A stretch of DNA of 63,612 nucleotides, filler included, from Octopus bimaculoides (GCF_001194135.2; 7 parts of 7 records of this genome joined end to end with filler, not necessarily neighbours in it); one strand, 5' to 3'; counted from the first letter of the whole stretch, positions 34,461 to 49,539 are shown. The notes: generated by a model from the letters alone, not told the origin. Program-made: numbers and translations.

Positions 34461-35399
34461 AACAATTTAGAGATTTTAATAATATATATATATATATATT
34501 ATCATCATTATTATCATTATATTATATTATGTTATATTATAATGTATTATATTATATTATGTTATATTATATTGTATTATATTATATTATATTGCATTAT
34601 ATTATATAAATAATATATACTAGAGTTTGCTTTTGCGTATGGACAAGTGCGATTGTAAGATAATATAGATAGGAAGAAACCGAGAGAGCACAAATTTTGA
34701 TTAGAAAATGAAAGTAATCTTTATGCGAATTCATCTAATTTACTATATTATCAAATTCAATATATATATATTAAATATTTACAACTTTTGTTATATATTT
34801 TTTTCTGCTTAAGCACTTTCTCAAAAGTACACATCTCTTTCACATTGTGTTGGCTTTCGGTAGACGTGTGTGTTATTCTCATCAGATCAATAGTTAAGCA
34901 CACACTGTTAACTCATTCACTCATACGGCTTTGGTCGACCGGAGGCTAGAGTAGAAGACACTTGTCCGAGATGCTACGCAGTGGGACTCAACCGGGAACC
35001 ATGTGGTTGGGAAGCAAGCTTCTTACCACAGAGCCCCGCCTGCGCCTATGTATATATATGTCTCTTTTAGTGTACAGTGTATTAAAATAGGACCCAGTAA
35101 CAGTTTTTCCATAAGATACATAGTTATACCGATATTTTTGCATTTGTCACGAAGGAATTTTTGGTCTCTGAGAACATGGTTAGTTCTATTTGCAAAATAG
35201 AACGCTGGTACATGAAGAACCACGAGAAAAAGCAAGATGAATGTTGATGCAAAAATTAGAATCAGAAGACAAAGAGTAATTAAAAAAGTGAAAAACGCAT
35301 GAAAAGAAAAGAAATAGATTAGAGTTACATCCCCTTTTCCCGAGGAAATCATAATTAAATTAGCTGGAGTTGAATAATTCAATGGATATGAGTCCAAGT

Positions 35400-36145
35400 T
35401 CTGCGTGACAGGTGCTCAGTCCGCAGAGGATGGAGAGTGATATACTCCAGTTCGACAAAAGCAATTTGTCTATGTGTTTGCATTTACTGAAAGTTTCCTA
35501 TCTGGAATTAAGGAGTGCAGTGGAATTCATGGATCTAAAAAGAATATGCGATCTCTCAGCTATGTATAATTTGCCTGTCTGAGACCATAGGGCATACATT
35601 ACTCCATGATTCTCCTTTTGATTGTACGTTATTTTCCTCAACCCACCTCTCTATTGCGACCGACTTCTCCGCAGATGCACAACGTCTCTAGGGTCCTGTG
35701 TTTTCTGAGAGACTGTTATGTCATCTTCATAAACAAGGGTGATTATCTGAGCAACGGAGGGCATGTGTTTCCTTGGAGGAGGGCAATTGACTTCATCTTT
35801 TAGAAAAGCTATAAATCCATTCTTGAAGTTTTCCGTGTATGCCAAGATATCTTGTATGCTTGTGAGATATCATACCATGGTCGACCTTACCAAAGTCTTT
35901 GGCAAAGTCGAAATATATCACGACTACATTTGAATTGTTGAGCAGCTGCTTTAACACCCAGTCGGAGTGCTGCAAGGGATGAACCAGGCAGCTTCTACCT
36001 GGTCGAAAATCGCGATGTGTGTGAAATAGCAAACCATTCTCTTCAAGGAATGCAATTAGTTTACTTCGGAATAATCGAACATTACTTTGATGTTTGAAGT
36101 CAGCGAAATATGCCTATAGTTTTTCGCATCTGCACTGCTTCCTCC
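35400..36145 (-). mobile_element. Degenerate CR1/L2-group RT fragment
   Basis: FRPGRSCL...VIYFDFAKDFGKVDHG (RT domain 3) and LVYEDDITVSQ (YADD remnant). Confidence 0.75.
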
Positions 36146-36183
<38 letters not shown>

Positions 36184-36283
36184 NNNNNNNNNNNNNNNNN
36201 NNNNNNNNNNNNNNNNNNNNNNNNNNNTTAATTAATTAANNNNNNNNNNNNNNNNNNNNNNNNNNNNNNNNNNNNNNNNNNNN

Positions 36284-37299
36284 TATATATATATTTATTT
36301 ATTTATACATTCATTTATATATTTATTTATTTATATATTTATGCATTTATATATTTATTTATATAATTATTGATTTATTTATATATATATTTATATATAT
36401 ATTTATTTATATATTTATTTGTATATATACTTATTTATATATTTATTTATTCATATATATATTTATATATTTATCTGTTTTTTTATATATTTATTTGTTT
36501 ATATATTTATTTAATTATTTATTTATATTTTTATTTAATTATTCATTTATATATTTATTTATTTTGTTATATATATATTTATTTATATTTTTATTTTTTT
36601 TCTTATATATTTATTTATTTATTTATGTATTTATTTATATATATATTTATTTATATATATATTTATTTATATATATACTTATTTATTTATGTATATATGT
36701 ATTTATTTATATATTTATTTATATTTTTATTTATTTATTTATATATTTATTTATATATGTGTATTTATTTATATATATATATTTATATATATATATTTAT
36801 TTATTTATATATATTATATATATTTATATATATTTATTTAGTTATATATATATTGAATTATATATTTATTTATCTATTTATTTATATATATATTTATTTA
36901 TTCATATATATATATTTATTTATTTATATATATGTATATTTTATATATTTTTTTATATGTATATATTTTGAATTATGTATTTCTTTATTTATTTATATAT
37001 ATATATATTCATTTATATTTTTATTTATATACTTATTGAATTATATATTTATTTAATTATATATTTATTCATATATATATTTATTTATATATATATTTAT
37101 TTATATATATTTATTTATTTATGTATATATTTATTTATATATTTCATTTATTTTCTATTTATTTATATATATATTTATTTATTTGTATATATATTGAATT
37201 ATATATGTATCTATCTATTTTTTATATATATATTTTATATTTTTATTTATATATTTATTAAATAATATATTTATTTATTTATATATTTATTCATATATA

Positions 37300-37330
<31 letters not shown>

Positions 37331-38998
37331 TTATTTATTTAGGTATATATTTATTTATATATTACATTTATTTTATATTTATTTATATATATATTTATTT
37401 ATTTACATATATATATATTTGTATATATTTACTTATTCATACATATATTTATCTCTTTATTTATATATTTATTTATGAATATCTATATTTATTTATTTAT
37501 TGATATATTTATTGTTATATGTATATATTTTTTTATATATTTATTTATATATTTATTTATATATATACTAATATATTTATTTATTTATATATATATTTAT
37601 TTGTATATATCTCTTTATATATATTTATTTATTCATATATATTTATTTATATATTTATTTATTTTTTATTTATTGATATATTTATTTATTTATTTATATA
37701 TATATATATTTATATATATTTATTTATTTATGTATATATATATTTCTATATATTTATTTATTCATATATATATCTATTTATATATTTATCTGTTTAATTA
37801 TATATTTATTTATATACTTATTTATTTAAACGTATATTTATTTATTTATATATTTATTTATATATTTATGTATTTATATATTTATTTATTTATATATATA
37901 TAAATTTATATATATTTATTTATTTATATATATATATTTATATATATTTATTTATTTATATATTTATTTATTTATATATATAGATATATATTTATATATA
38001 TTTATTTATATATTTATTTAGTTATATATATATATTTATATATATTTATTAATTTAAATATTTATTTATTCATATATATATATTTATTTATTTATATATT
38101 TATGTATTTATATATTTATTTGTATAATTATTGATTTATTTATATATATATATTTATATATATTTATTTATTTATATATATATTTATATATATATTTATT
38201 TATTTATTTATATATTTATTTGTATATATACTTATTTATTTATATATATATTTATATATATTTATTTATTCATATATATATTTATATATTTATCTGTTTT
38301 TTTATATATTTATTTGTTTATATATTTATTTAATTATTTATTTATATATCTATTTAATTATTCATTTATATATTTATTTATTTTGTTATATATATATATA
38401 TATATTTATTTAAATTTTTATTTTTTTCTTATATATTTATTTATTTATTTATTTATGTATTTATTTATATATATATATTTATTTATTTATATATATATTT
38501 ATTTATATATATATTTATTTATTTATGTATATTTTTTATTTATTTATATATTTATATTTATATTTTTATTTATTTATTTATATATTTATTTATATATGTG
38601 TATTTATTTATATATATATATTTATATATATATATATATATTTATTTATATATTTACTTATTTATATATATATATATTTATATATATTTATTTATTTATA
38701 TATATATTGAATTATATATTTATTTAACTATTTATTTATATATATATTTATTTATTCATATATATATATATATATGTTTATTTATATATATGTATATTTT
38801 ATATATTTATTTATATGTATATATTTTGAATTATGTATCTATTTATTTATTTATTTATATATATGTATATTTTATATATTTATTTATATGTATATATTTT
38901 GAATTATGTCTTTATTTATTTATTTATATACTTATTGAATTATATATATATTTAATTATATATTTATTCATATATATATTTATTTATATATATATTTA
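36284..38998. repeat. About 2.7-kb AT-only compound satellite, (TATT)n/(ATAT)n, with a higher-order duplication
   Basis: Almost no G or C. Landmark strings (TATAATTATTGATTTATTT, TTATCTGTTTTTT, TTTTGAATTATGT) recur about 1.8 kb apart. The Y/I/F/L ORFs here are artefacts. Confidence 0.95.
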
Positions 38999-39098
38999 NN
39001 NNNNNNNNNNNNNNNNNNNNNNNNNNNNNNNNNNNNNNNNNNTTAATTAATTAANNNNNNNNNNNNNNNNNNNNNNNNNNNNNNNNNNNNNNNNNNNN

Positions 39099-42000
39099 TA
39101 CGTAAGTAAGTATGTAAGAAGAAACGAACGAAAGGACGAACGTACGTACTACGAGCGAAAGAACGAACGAACGAGTAAACGAACAAACGAATAAACGTTT
39201 CTACGTATGTATGTCTGGACGAAGGTAAGAACGTACATACGAACAAAATAACGACTGAATGAACGAACCAACGAAAGAACGAACGTTCGAAGGTATAAAC
39301 GATCGAACGAACGAAGGAACGAACGTTCGTACGTAAGAACGATCGAACAAACGAGCGAAATTCCCTACGTACTAACGAACGAACGTACGTTCATACGTAC
39401 GAACGAACGAAAGAACGTACGTACATGCGTACGGATGGATGAAAGAACGAACGAACGTACGTACATAAGGCCTTAAGTACGAACAAACGAACGTCCGTAC
39501 ATACGAACGAACGAACGAAAGAATGAACGTACGTACTCACGTACGCATGTACGAACGAACGAACGAACGAACGAACGGAAGAACGAACATGAGTACGTAA
39601 GTAAGCATGTACGTTCGAACGAACGAACTAAAGAACGAAAAAACGAACGAACGAACGAACTAAAGAACGAAACANNNNNNNNNNNNNNNNNNNNNNNNNN
39701 NNNNNNNNNNNNNNNNNNNNNNNNNNNNNNNNNNNNNNNNNNNNNNNNNNNNNNNNNNNNNNNNNNNNNNNNNNNNNNNNNNNNNNNNNNNNNNNNNNNN
39801 NNNNNNNNNNNNNNNNNNNNNNNNNNNNNNNNNNNNNNNNNNNNNNNNNNNNNNNNNNNNNNNNNNNNNGAACGAACGAACTAACGAATGAACGGACGTA
39901 ATTACGTACGCACGAACGAACGAACAAACGAACGTACCTTGTGTCCGTACGTACAAACGAACGAAAGAACGAACGAACCTGCGTACGTACGTTCAAACGA
40001 ACGAACGAACGAATGTACGTATGTACGTTCGAAGGAACGGACGAACGAATAAACAAACGTACGTAAGTGGGAACTTACAAACGAATGAACGATCGAACGA
40101 ACGAACTCAGATACGTAACTACGTACGTGCAAACGAACGATCGGACGAACAAACGTATGAATGTACGAGCGAATTAACGAACGTAAGTACGAAGGAATGA
40201 ACGATCGAACGATCGAACTCAGATACGTACGTACATACGAACGAAGAAATGAACGAATAAACGAACGGACGACCGAATGTAAGAACGTACGAATGAACGA
40301 TGGAACGTGCGTACGTACGTAAGTACGTAAGAAGAAACGAACGAACCAACCAACGAACGAAAGTACGTATGTACGAGCGAAAGAACGAACGAACGAACGA
40401 ACGAACGAACGTACGTACGTCCGAACAAACGAATGATCGAACGAACGAAGGAGCGAACGTTCGCACGTAAGAACGAGCGAAATTCCCTACGTACGTACGA
40501 TCGAACGAACGTACGTCCATACGTACGAACGAACGAACGATCGAACGAGCCTACGTACATGCGTACGGATGGATGAAAGAACGAACGAACGTACGTACAT
40601 AAGCCATTAAGTATGAACAAACGAACAAACGAACTTACGTACGTTAGAAGGAGTGAACGATAAAAATGACCGAACGAACGACAGAACGAACGGACGTACG
40701 AACAAACGAACGTACGTACGAACGAACGAACGAAAGAATGAACGTACGTACTTACGTACCTATGTACGAACGAACGAACGAACGAACAAACGTGCGTACG
40801 TTAATAAGTATGTACGTTAGAACGAACGAACTAAAGAACGAACGAACGAACGACCGAACGAACGAACGAGCGAACGATCTTTCGTACGTAAGTACGACCG
40901 ATGAAACGAACGAACGAACGACAGATCGAACTAACGAATGAACCGACGTACTTACGGACGTAAGAACGAACGAACAAACAAACGAAAGATCGTACGTAGG
41001 TTCGTACGCACGTACGTAAGCACGTATGTTTAAACGAACGAAGATACGTACCCACATACGTACGAACAAACGAACGAGCGATCGAACGAACGAAAGAGCG
41101 AACGTACGAACGAACGTACGTACTTACGAATGAACGAACGAACGAACCAATGAACGTACGTACGTAAGTATGTAAGAAGAAACGAACAAAAGGACGAACG
41201 TACGTATGTACGAGCGAAAGAACGAAAAAACGAATGATCGAACGAACGAACGAATGAACGGACGAACGAATGAACGAACAAACGATTGTACGTATGTACG
41301 TCTGGACGCAGGAAAGAACGTACGTACGTACGAACGAAATAACGACTGAACGAACGAACGCACGAACGTACGTACATGCGTACGGATGGATGAAAGATTG
41401 AACGAACGTACGTACATAATCCCTTAAGTACAAACAAACGAACGTACGTACATACGACCGAACCAACGAAAGAATGAACGTACGTACCCACGTACGCATG
41501 TACGAACGAACGGAAGAACGAACATGCGTACGTAAGTAAGCATGTACGTTCGAACGAACGAACAAAAGAACGAAACAACGAACGAACCACCGAACGAACG
41601 AACGAATGGACGAACGTACGTAGGAACATTCGAACGAACGATCTTTCGTACGCACGAACAAACGATGGAACGAACAAACGAACGAACTAACGAATGAACG
41701 GACGTAATTACGTACGCACGAACGAACGAATAAACGAACGAAAGATAGTACGTAGGTACGCACGTACATACGTAAGTACGTAAGTTCAAACGAACGAAGA
41801 CATGTACCTACGTACGTACGAACGAACGAAAGAACGAACGTACATACGTCCGTCCGTATGTACGAACGAACTAACGAATGAACGTAGGTACGAACGAAAG
41901 AATAAACGAAAGTACGTTAGTAATTACGAACGAACGATCGAACAAACGAAAGTTCGTATGCACTTACGTAAGTACGTACGTACGAACGATCAAACGAAGG

Positions 42001-43051
42001 ATCGTACCTTATGTACGTACGTACAAACGAACGAACAAAAGAACAAACGAGCGAAAGAGTGAACAAACGAACGTACGTTCGTATTACGAACGATCGAACC
42101 TTCGTACGTGCATACAGACGAACGAACGAATGTACGTACGCACGTACGAACGAACGGACGAACAAATGAACGAACGTACGTAAGTACTAACTAACGAACG
42201 AATGAACGAACGAACGAACGAACTCAGACACGTAACTACGTACGTGCGAACGAACCAACGGAAGAACGAACGAAAGAACGTACGAACGAATTAACGAATG
42301 TAAGTACGAACGAACGAACGAACGAACGAGCGCACAAAAGAACGTACGAACGAAAAGAACGTACGAACGATCGAACGAACGTACATATGTACTTACGTAA
42401 TTACGTACGTACGAAAGATCGAACGATCGAACGATCGAACAAAGGAACGTACCGTGTATCCGTAAGTACAAACAAACGAACAAACAAACGAACGTCCGAA
42501 CGAAAGTACGTACGTACGTCCGAACGAACGAAGGAACGAATGAACAAACGTACGTAAGTACGAACTTACGATCGAATGAACGATCGATCGAACGAACTCA
42601 GATACGTACGTTCGTACGAACGAAGAAACGAACGAACGAACGAACGAACGGACGACCGAACATAAGAACGAACGAACGAACGAATGAACGTACGTTCGTA
42701 AGTAAGTACGTAAGAACAAACGAACCAACCAACCAACCAATGAAAGTACGTATGGACGAGCGAAAGAACGAACGTACGTTCGTCCGAACAAACGAATGAT
42801 CGAACGAATGAACGAATGAACGGACGAACGAATGAACGAATGAACGTTTGTACGTACGTCTGGACGCAGGAACGAACGTACGTACGCACGAACGAAATAA
42901 CAAATGAATGAACGAACGAACGAAAGAACGAACGTTCGAAAGTAAGAATGATCGAACAAAGGAAGGAACGATCGTTCGCACGTAAGAACGAGTGAACGAA
43001 CGAGCGAAATTCCCTAGGTACGTACGATCGAATGAACGTACGTCCATACGT

Positions 43052-43083
<32 letters not shown>

Positions 43084-43468
43084 ACGTACATGCGTACGGA
43101 TGGATGAAAGAACGAACGAACGTACGTACATAAGCCCTTAAGTACGAACACACGAACGTACGTACTTACGAACAAACGAACTTACGTACGTACGAAGGAG
43201 CGAACGATCAAAATGACCGAACGAAAGAACGTACGAACAAACGAATGAAAGAATGAACGTACGTACTTACGTACGTATGTACGAACGACCGAACGGAAGC
43301 ACGAACGTGCGTACGTAAATAAGTACGTACGTTAGAACCAACGAACTAAAGAACGAAGGAACGAACGAACGAACTACCGAAGGAACGCACGATATTTCGT
43401 ACGTAAGTACGACCGATGGAACGAACGAACGAACGAAAGATCAAACTAACGAATGAACGGACGTACTT
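39099..43468. repeat. About 4.4-kb CpG-dense compound satellite, (ACGA)n/(ACGT)n, with higher-order repeats
   Basis: Tetramer period; the landmark GTACATGCGTACGGATGGATGAAAGA occurs at about 39421, 40555, 41372 and 43086. The R/S/F/V/Y/T ORFs here are artefacts. Confidence 0.95.
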
Positions 43469-43568
43469 NNNNNNNNNNNNNNNNNNNNNNNNNNNNNNNN
43501 NNNNNNNNNNNNTTAATTAATTAANNNNNNNNNNNNNNNNNNNNNNNNNNNNNNNNNNNNNNNNNNNN

Positions 43569-43762
43569 TGCGGGTGACACGTAAAAGCACCCACTACACT
43601 CTCTGAGTGGTTGGCGTTAGGAAGGGCATCCAGCTGTAGAAACTCTGCCAAATTAGACTGGAGCCTGGTGTTGCCATCCGGTTTCACCAGTCCTCAGTCA
43701 AATCGTCCAACCCATGCTAGCATGGAAAGCGGACGTTAAACGATGATGATGATGATGATGAT
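43569..43762 (+). mobile_element. Young RTE 3' end
   Basis: Near-identical (inverted) to 3961-4110: CCATGCTAGCATGGAAAGCGGACGTTAAACGATGAT. Confidence 0.85.
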
Positions 43763-43767
43763 ATATG

Positions 43768-43800
<33 letters not shown>

Positions 43801-44764
43801 AATATAGTATATCATTCCTGTACATCTAATAAGCTTACCTGCCACCTTTTGTTATTCCAGATTGAAATAGATGGCTGTAATAGCACTTTGAATTCACCCT
43901 ATTAAACACTGCTTGTCCCAGCTGATTAGTTTGCAGAATGCAATCAGGACATGTAAACCATTTGGAAACTTGATGTGTAATAAAGTTTTGTGTTAAATTG
44001 GACAAAAACACTACCAAAATTTAAGAAATACTCCAGACTGTTTATTGATTATCTTAAAAGAGCCAAACATCTGTTTTTTACATGCACAAAAGGGCAGATA
44101 AAGCAAGTCTACCGAAAAGCTTATGATGGTCCTCGTTTCCAAAAAAGGGCATCATCTATTGGGTCGGCAACTAAGTACCCGCCATTTTTTAAAATTTATA
44201 TATTCATTTATATATTTATATATATATATTTATTTATATATTCATATATAATATAATATAGGATAAAATCTTTATAAGAATTTATCAAGTAGTCAGCGTG
44301 AAAAAACCCCATAAGGAAAAAACCCCATCGTTTTTTCCCATAAATATATATAATTTATATAAGGGCATTACTATATNNNNNNNNNNNNNNNNNNNNNNNN
44401 NNNNNNNNNNNNNNNNNNNNNNNNNNNNNNNNNNNNNNNNNNNNNNNNNNNNNNNNNNNNNNNNNNNNNNNNNNNNNNNNNNNNNNNNNNNNNNNNNNNN
44501 NNNNNNNNNNNNNNNNNNNNNNNNNNNNNNNNNNNNNNNNNNNNNNNNNNNNNNNNNNNNNNNNNNNNNNNNNNNNNNNNNNNNNNNNNNNNNNNNNNNN
44601 NNNNNNNNNNNNNNNNNNNNNNNNNNNNNNNNNNNNNNNNNNNNNNNNNNNNNNNNNNNNNNNNNNNNNNNNNNNNNNNNNNNNNNNNNNNNNNNNNNNN
44701 NNNNNNNNNNTGTGTGTGTGTGTGTGTGTGTGTGTGCGTGCGCGCGCGCGTTCATATATGTTTT

Positions 44765-45000
44765 TGGCATCTATAGTTACTCAAATACTAGAACTGGGTG
44801 CCACTGCATAGTGTCAAGGGTTCCAAATTTGCCTTCAGGATGTTGGGCAAGATACTGCAATAGCCTGGGCTTCAGAGATCTACAGCTCTTCAATATCCTC
44901 CTGAAGGGCCTGAGAGTCCTGCATGGGGTAGATGTAGGTGTCTTTAAAATAAAGCTGGACCTCTTCCTGTCAAGTGTCCCAGATGAACTAACTTCGCAGC
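44765..45000 (+). mobile_element. CR1/L2-group LINE 3' fragment
   Basis: YCNSLGFRDLQLFNILLKGLRVLHGVDVGVFKIKLDLFLSSVPDE, homologous to 34180-34330. Confidence 0.8.
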
Positions 45001-45039
45001 AGTTCGCTTTTGTGGACTTGGAGATAGCCTTTGATAAGT

Positions 45040-46602
45040 CCATCTGATCCCCTATCTGGTGGGCGATGTGGGAACTAGGGATTGACGGATGTATAATAAG
45101 GGCTGTACAGGCCCTATATAGAGATGCCGTTAGTAAGGTGAGGGTTAGCAATGAGTATAGTGAAGAATTCCAGGTAGAAGTAGGGGTCCACCAAGGATAA
45201 GCCCTCAGCCCCCTCTTATCATAGTCCCCCAGGCAATAACAGAGGAATTCAAGACAGGCTGCCCATGGGAGCTCCTTTATGCTGATGACCTGGCTCTCAT
45301 AGCAGAATCACTACCAGAAAAAATTTCAGGTGTGGAAGCAAGGTTTAGAATCAAAGGACCTTCAAGTCAATGTTGCAAAGACCAAAGTTCTAGTAAGTAG
45401 GAAGGCAAACACATCATACACCCCTTCAGGTAGGTGGCCTTGCTCGATCTGCAGAAAAGGTGTAGGTAGAAACTCCATAAGGTGTACCCAGCGTAAGCTA
45501 TGGACACATAAGAGGTGCAGCAACATCAAAGGGAGATTAACCAGGATGATAGCTTTCTTGTGTAGCAGATGCACACGGGCAATAATAAACACAACAGATG
45601 CTCAGAAAACAAATTCCATCACATGCCAAGGAGAGAAACTAGAAGTAGTTGATAGCTTCCACGACTTAGGTGACCAAGTGTGAAGTGGGGGGTGGATGCT
45701 CAGAGAGAGAGAGAGTATTACCACTAGAATAAGAATAGCCTGGGCAAAATTCAGAAAGCTTCTACCCCTACTGGTGACAAAGGGCCTCTTGTTCAAAGTG
45801 AAAGGTAGATTGTACGATGCATGTGTATGAACTGCCATGCTTCACAGCAGTGAAACATGGGCCGTGACTGGTGAAGACATGCATAGGACAGAGTGTAAGC
45901 GCCCTGAGAGAAATGTTGGACATAAGAAGCATTGAATGTGGCATGCAAGAGAGATATTTGCATTGGTTTGGTCATGTACTATGGATGGATGAGGAGAGCT
46001 GTGTGAAGAAGTGCCACTCCCAAACAGTGGAAGGAATCTGAGGTAGGAGACCCGGGGAGACATGGGATGAGGTGGTGAAGCATAGTCTTTGAACGTTGGG
46101 CCTCACAGAGGCAATGACAAAAGACCCGGCAAATAAAGTGAGTTCACAGCTGTAACCTACACCAGTGTTGCATAACCAGCCTACTCAACGGTACCTTGGA
46201 TCGTAGGGTAACATGCCATGCTTGAGGAGACCTATTGAGTCAAGTACATCAAAATCAAATGGAAATTGTAGTTGCGATTCCCGTGCCGGTGGCACATAAA
46301 AGCACCATCTGAACATGGCTGATGCCAGCGCCGCCTTGACTGGCTTCCATGCTGGTGACACATAAAAAGCACCAACCGATCGTGATTGTTGCCAGCTCCC
46401 TCTGGCCTCTATGCCGGTGGCACGTAAGAAGCACCCACTACACTCTCGGAGTGGTTGGCATTAGGAAGGGCATTCAGCTGTAGAAACACTGCCAGATCAG
46501 ACTGGAGCCTGGTGCAGCCTCCTGGATTCCCAGACCCCAGTTGAACCATCTAACCCATGCCAGCATGGAAACTGGACGTTAAACAACAATGATGATGATG
46601 AC
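45040..46602 (+). pseudogene. Degenerate RTE LINE: RT domain, Cys-rich insert, C-terminus, 3' UTR and tail
   Basis: VEVGVHQG*ALSPL, PWELLYADDL, WKQGLESKDLQVNVAKTK, CSICRKGVGRNSIRC..WTHKRC, ..RPGETWDEVVK, followed by subrepeats, palindrome and (GAT)n; several stops and frameshifts. Confidence 0.9.
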
Positions 46603-49539
46603 AGGCTTCTTTCAGTTTCCGTCTACTGAATCCACTCACAAGGCTTTTGTTGGCCCGAGTTTATAGTAGAAGACACTTGTCCAAAGTGCAACACAGTGGG
46701 ACTGAACTCAGAACCATGTGGTTGGGAAGAATACTTCTTCCAGACAGTAGATACAGCTGTGTGATTAAGTAGTTCACTTCTCAACCACATGGTTTTGGTT
46801 TGAGTGCCACATTGGGCATGTACTTTCTACTATAGCCTTAGCTGGGTCAACCAAAGCCTGAGAAAATCTACCTCAATAAACTCTCAGACCAGCCATGAAA
46901 CATTGACATTAAGATGATGTTATTAAAAAGCATGACACATACACACACACAAACTCCCATCTGTATGTGTGCTTAGATAGCTGAAGGGGAGAATAAAGAA
47001 CAAATGTATAAATATATCGACATATTTTATCTTTTACTTATCTCAAGTCATTGGAATTCAGCCATGCTGAAGCGCCACCTTGAAGGGTTTAGTTCAATCC
47101 AGTGTGTGTATGTGTCTGTATATACACGCACACATACATACACACATGTATACACAAATATATATTGTGTGTGTGCGTGTATGAAATGTAGACATGATAA
47201 CAGCTTGCCCATTATTAAGAAAAACTGATCCAAGTCAATCGATAAAGTAACCAGAAAACTATACATCCTCTACGACAAGATCCTGAAACTGAAACTTATG
47301 GCTTTTTTATGTTTTAGAAATGATATTTACTGAGGTTTTCTTGAGAGTCAGTCACCTGAAAAGTATCAATGTTGTAATCTTGTCTTGTTTCCGTCTGTAA
47401 ACAACTTCTGTTCTAAGCCAACATTTATGTCTTTTGTTGTGAATACAACCATATAGAGAACACTCATCCACTTTGAAAGTTACAGATCAAACAATGGTTT
47501 ACATCAAGTCAATGTTACTTTAAAATAATGATTTATCATATTGAATTTAATAAAAAAGTTTCTTGGTGAAGAAAACAATCAATGGAATTGACTTCCAGTA
47601 CATATTTTGTTCATATTTGATCAACCCCAGATGTACAGTGAAACATGTTAAAACTTGCACATAAAATGCAGACTAACAATATTCCTTCCTTGAATATTAT
47701 TTGACATTTGTCCTTATTGATCTCATGTTAAAACAATTACAATGTACAAACCAGTAGCTATAACACAGTGACTTGAACTGCTTGAAATATCAGTCAAGTG
47801 ATTCCACACTATGCTTAAAAAACCTTAGGATAATTCAATCCTGGACAATGTTCCTTCAAGCTGTGCATGCATAAGGTTTTCAAAATGAAAAGATAATTTT
47901 TTAATTGAAAAGTTAATCATGTAATTTCATAATCTTAGAAATGTCCACATAAAAATGGTGTGCATTTGTTTAGTTGGTCAATATGGCATTTGAGCAATGG
48001 CTACTCACATAAATGAGCAATGAAAGACAAAACTTGCACACAAGCAACTTTTAGTCCAGAACCTCAGCAAAAAAATTTGAGAAAACACTATTCTTAAATA
48101 CACAAAGTCTGAGATTAAAACAAGATAACCATGGCTGATAGTCATTTTATAATGGACCTGCTTGCTCAGAGTTGAACAGAAGCTAAATCAGAATCACACA
48201 CAAAAAAAGAAAAAAAAATAGCCCCCAAAACCTTCAACACCATATTGTAATATTTAGTACTTTTCTGTTATTGCCAACTTTTATAAATTTACTTGCAAAT
48301 AAACTATTACATTTGTGTAATGGGTGTAATAGTTAACCAGCAAACTTTCAGAATAGCTCCCACTACTTCAAGGAGAAGGAAAAGGACAAGGAATTGGGTG
48401 TTTGCTTAATAGTTTACTTACTAACTCCTTTGTAAAAAAAAAATTGGTTGTCAATAATAGAAAAGTGACTAAAACTCTGTAGGATTAAAGGAATGCCTAT
48501 TTTACCAGAAACCTCATCAAACCAGTTTGGTTGTTGCTGGTTATGGTTGAAACTTCATTGAGCAGCTGAGCTTTTCCTCCAAAGACATAAGACATATGTA
48601 GGATGACGAAAGGCAAACTACATATATCCTAACAAGTATTCTACTCTGAGGTAAAACACTTCTCATTCACTCAACAGAAATGAGACACTCATAGCCCTAA
48701 GTCTGCTCTGACTTAACAGTGGCAACCAGGTACAATCTACAGAATTGGTGTTTCAGATACACTAAAGTCTCTACTTACTTGGAAACCCTACTGCACTCTG
48801 CAACATTTAGTGATGAATCATATGGAGTATAGTGTTACAATGTGGACATGTTACATTCTCTCCACTGCCCAGTCTATTTTAATCTGTGCAATAAGAGCAT
48901 CTCTTATCAAACATGATTAGAAAGCAAATGACCATCTTTATTCAGGCACAGTGTATCTAGAAATACATTCTCCAACTTACAAGTTTGGTTTCTGTTTTTA
49001 ATATATATTATTACTATTTCAAATTCTGCTGGGGACAACTTTACCTTTCATCTTTTTTTTTGGGGGGGGGGGTCAATATAATAAGTACCAGTTGAGCACT
49101 GGAAAGAATGTAATCAACTTAGCTTCTACCCCAAAATTGTTGGCATTGTGCCAAAATTTGAAACCAATATATATCATTATTTCAAATTCTGCTGGTATCA
49201 ACTTTGCCTATCATCCTTTTGGAGGTCATTCACAGTACCAGTTGAGCAGTGGGGTTGATGTAATCAACTCAGCCTCTACCCCGAAATTGCTGGCCTTGTG
49301 CCAAAATTTGAAACAAATATTATTTTTTATGCATCTATGGACAATGTTCAGTTGCAGGTTTGTTAATTTTATATTATTTTTTATTTTATTGTATTTTGAG
49401 TATATAATTTATTTATTCATGTATTTATTTATTTATTAGCATATTGCAGATATTGATTATATATAATTATTAGCATATTTATTTATTCATTAGCATATTG
49501 CAGATATGGATTATATATTTTTGTTTTGTATTTATTATG

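Noticed and set aside
36370-43153. Long ORFs (up to 312 aa) over the two satellites, and a CRISPR-like look from recurring landmarks
   Set aside because: Low-complexity tetramer translations; no constant repeat with unique spacers and no cas genes.
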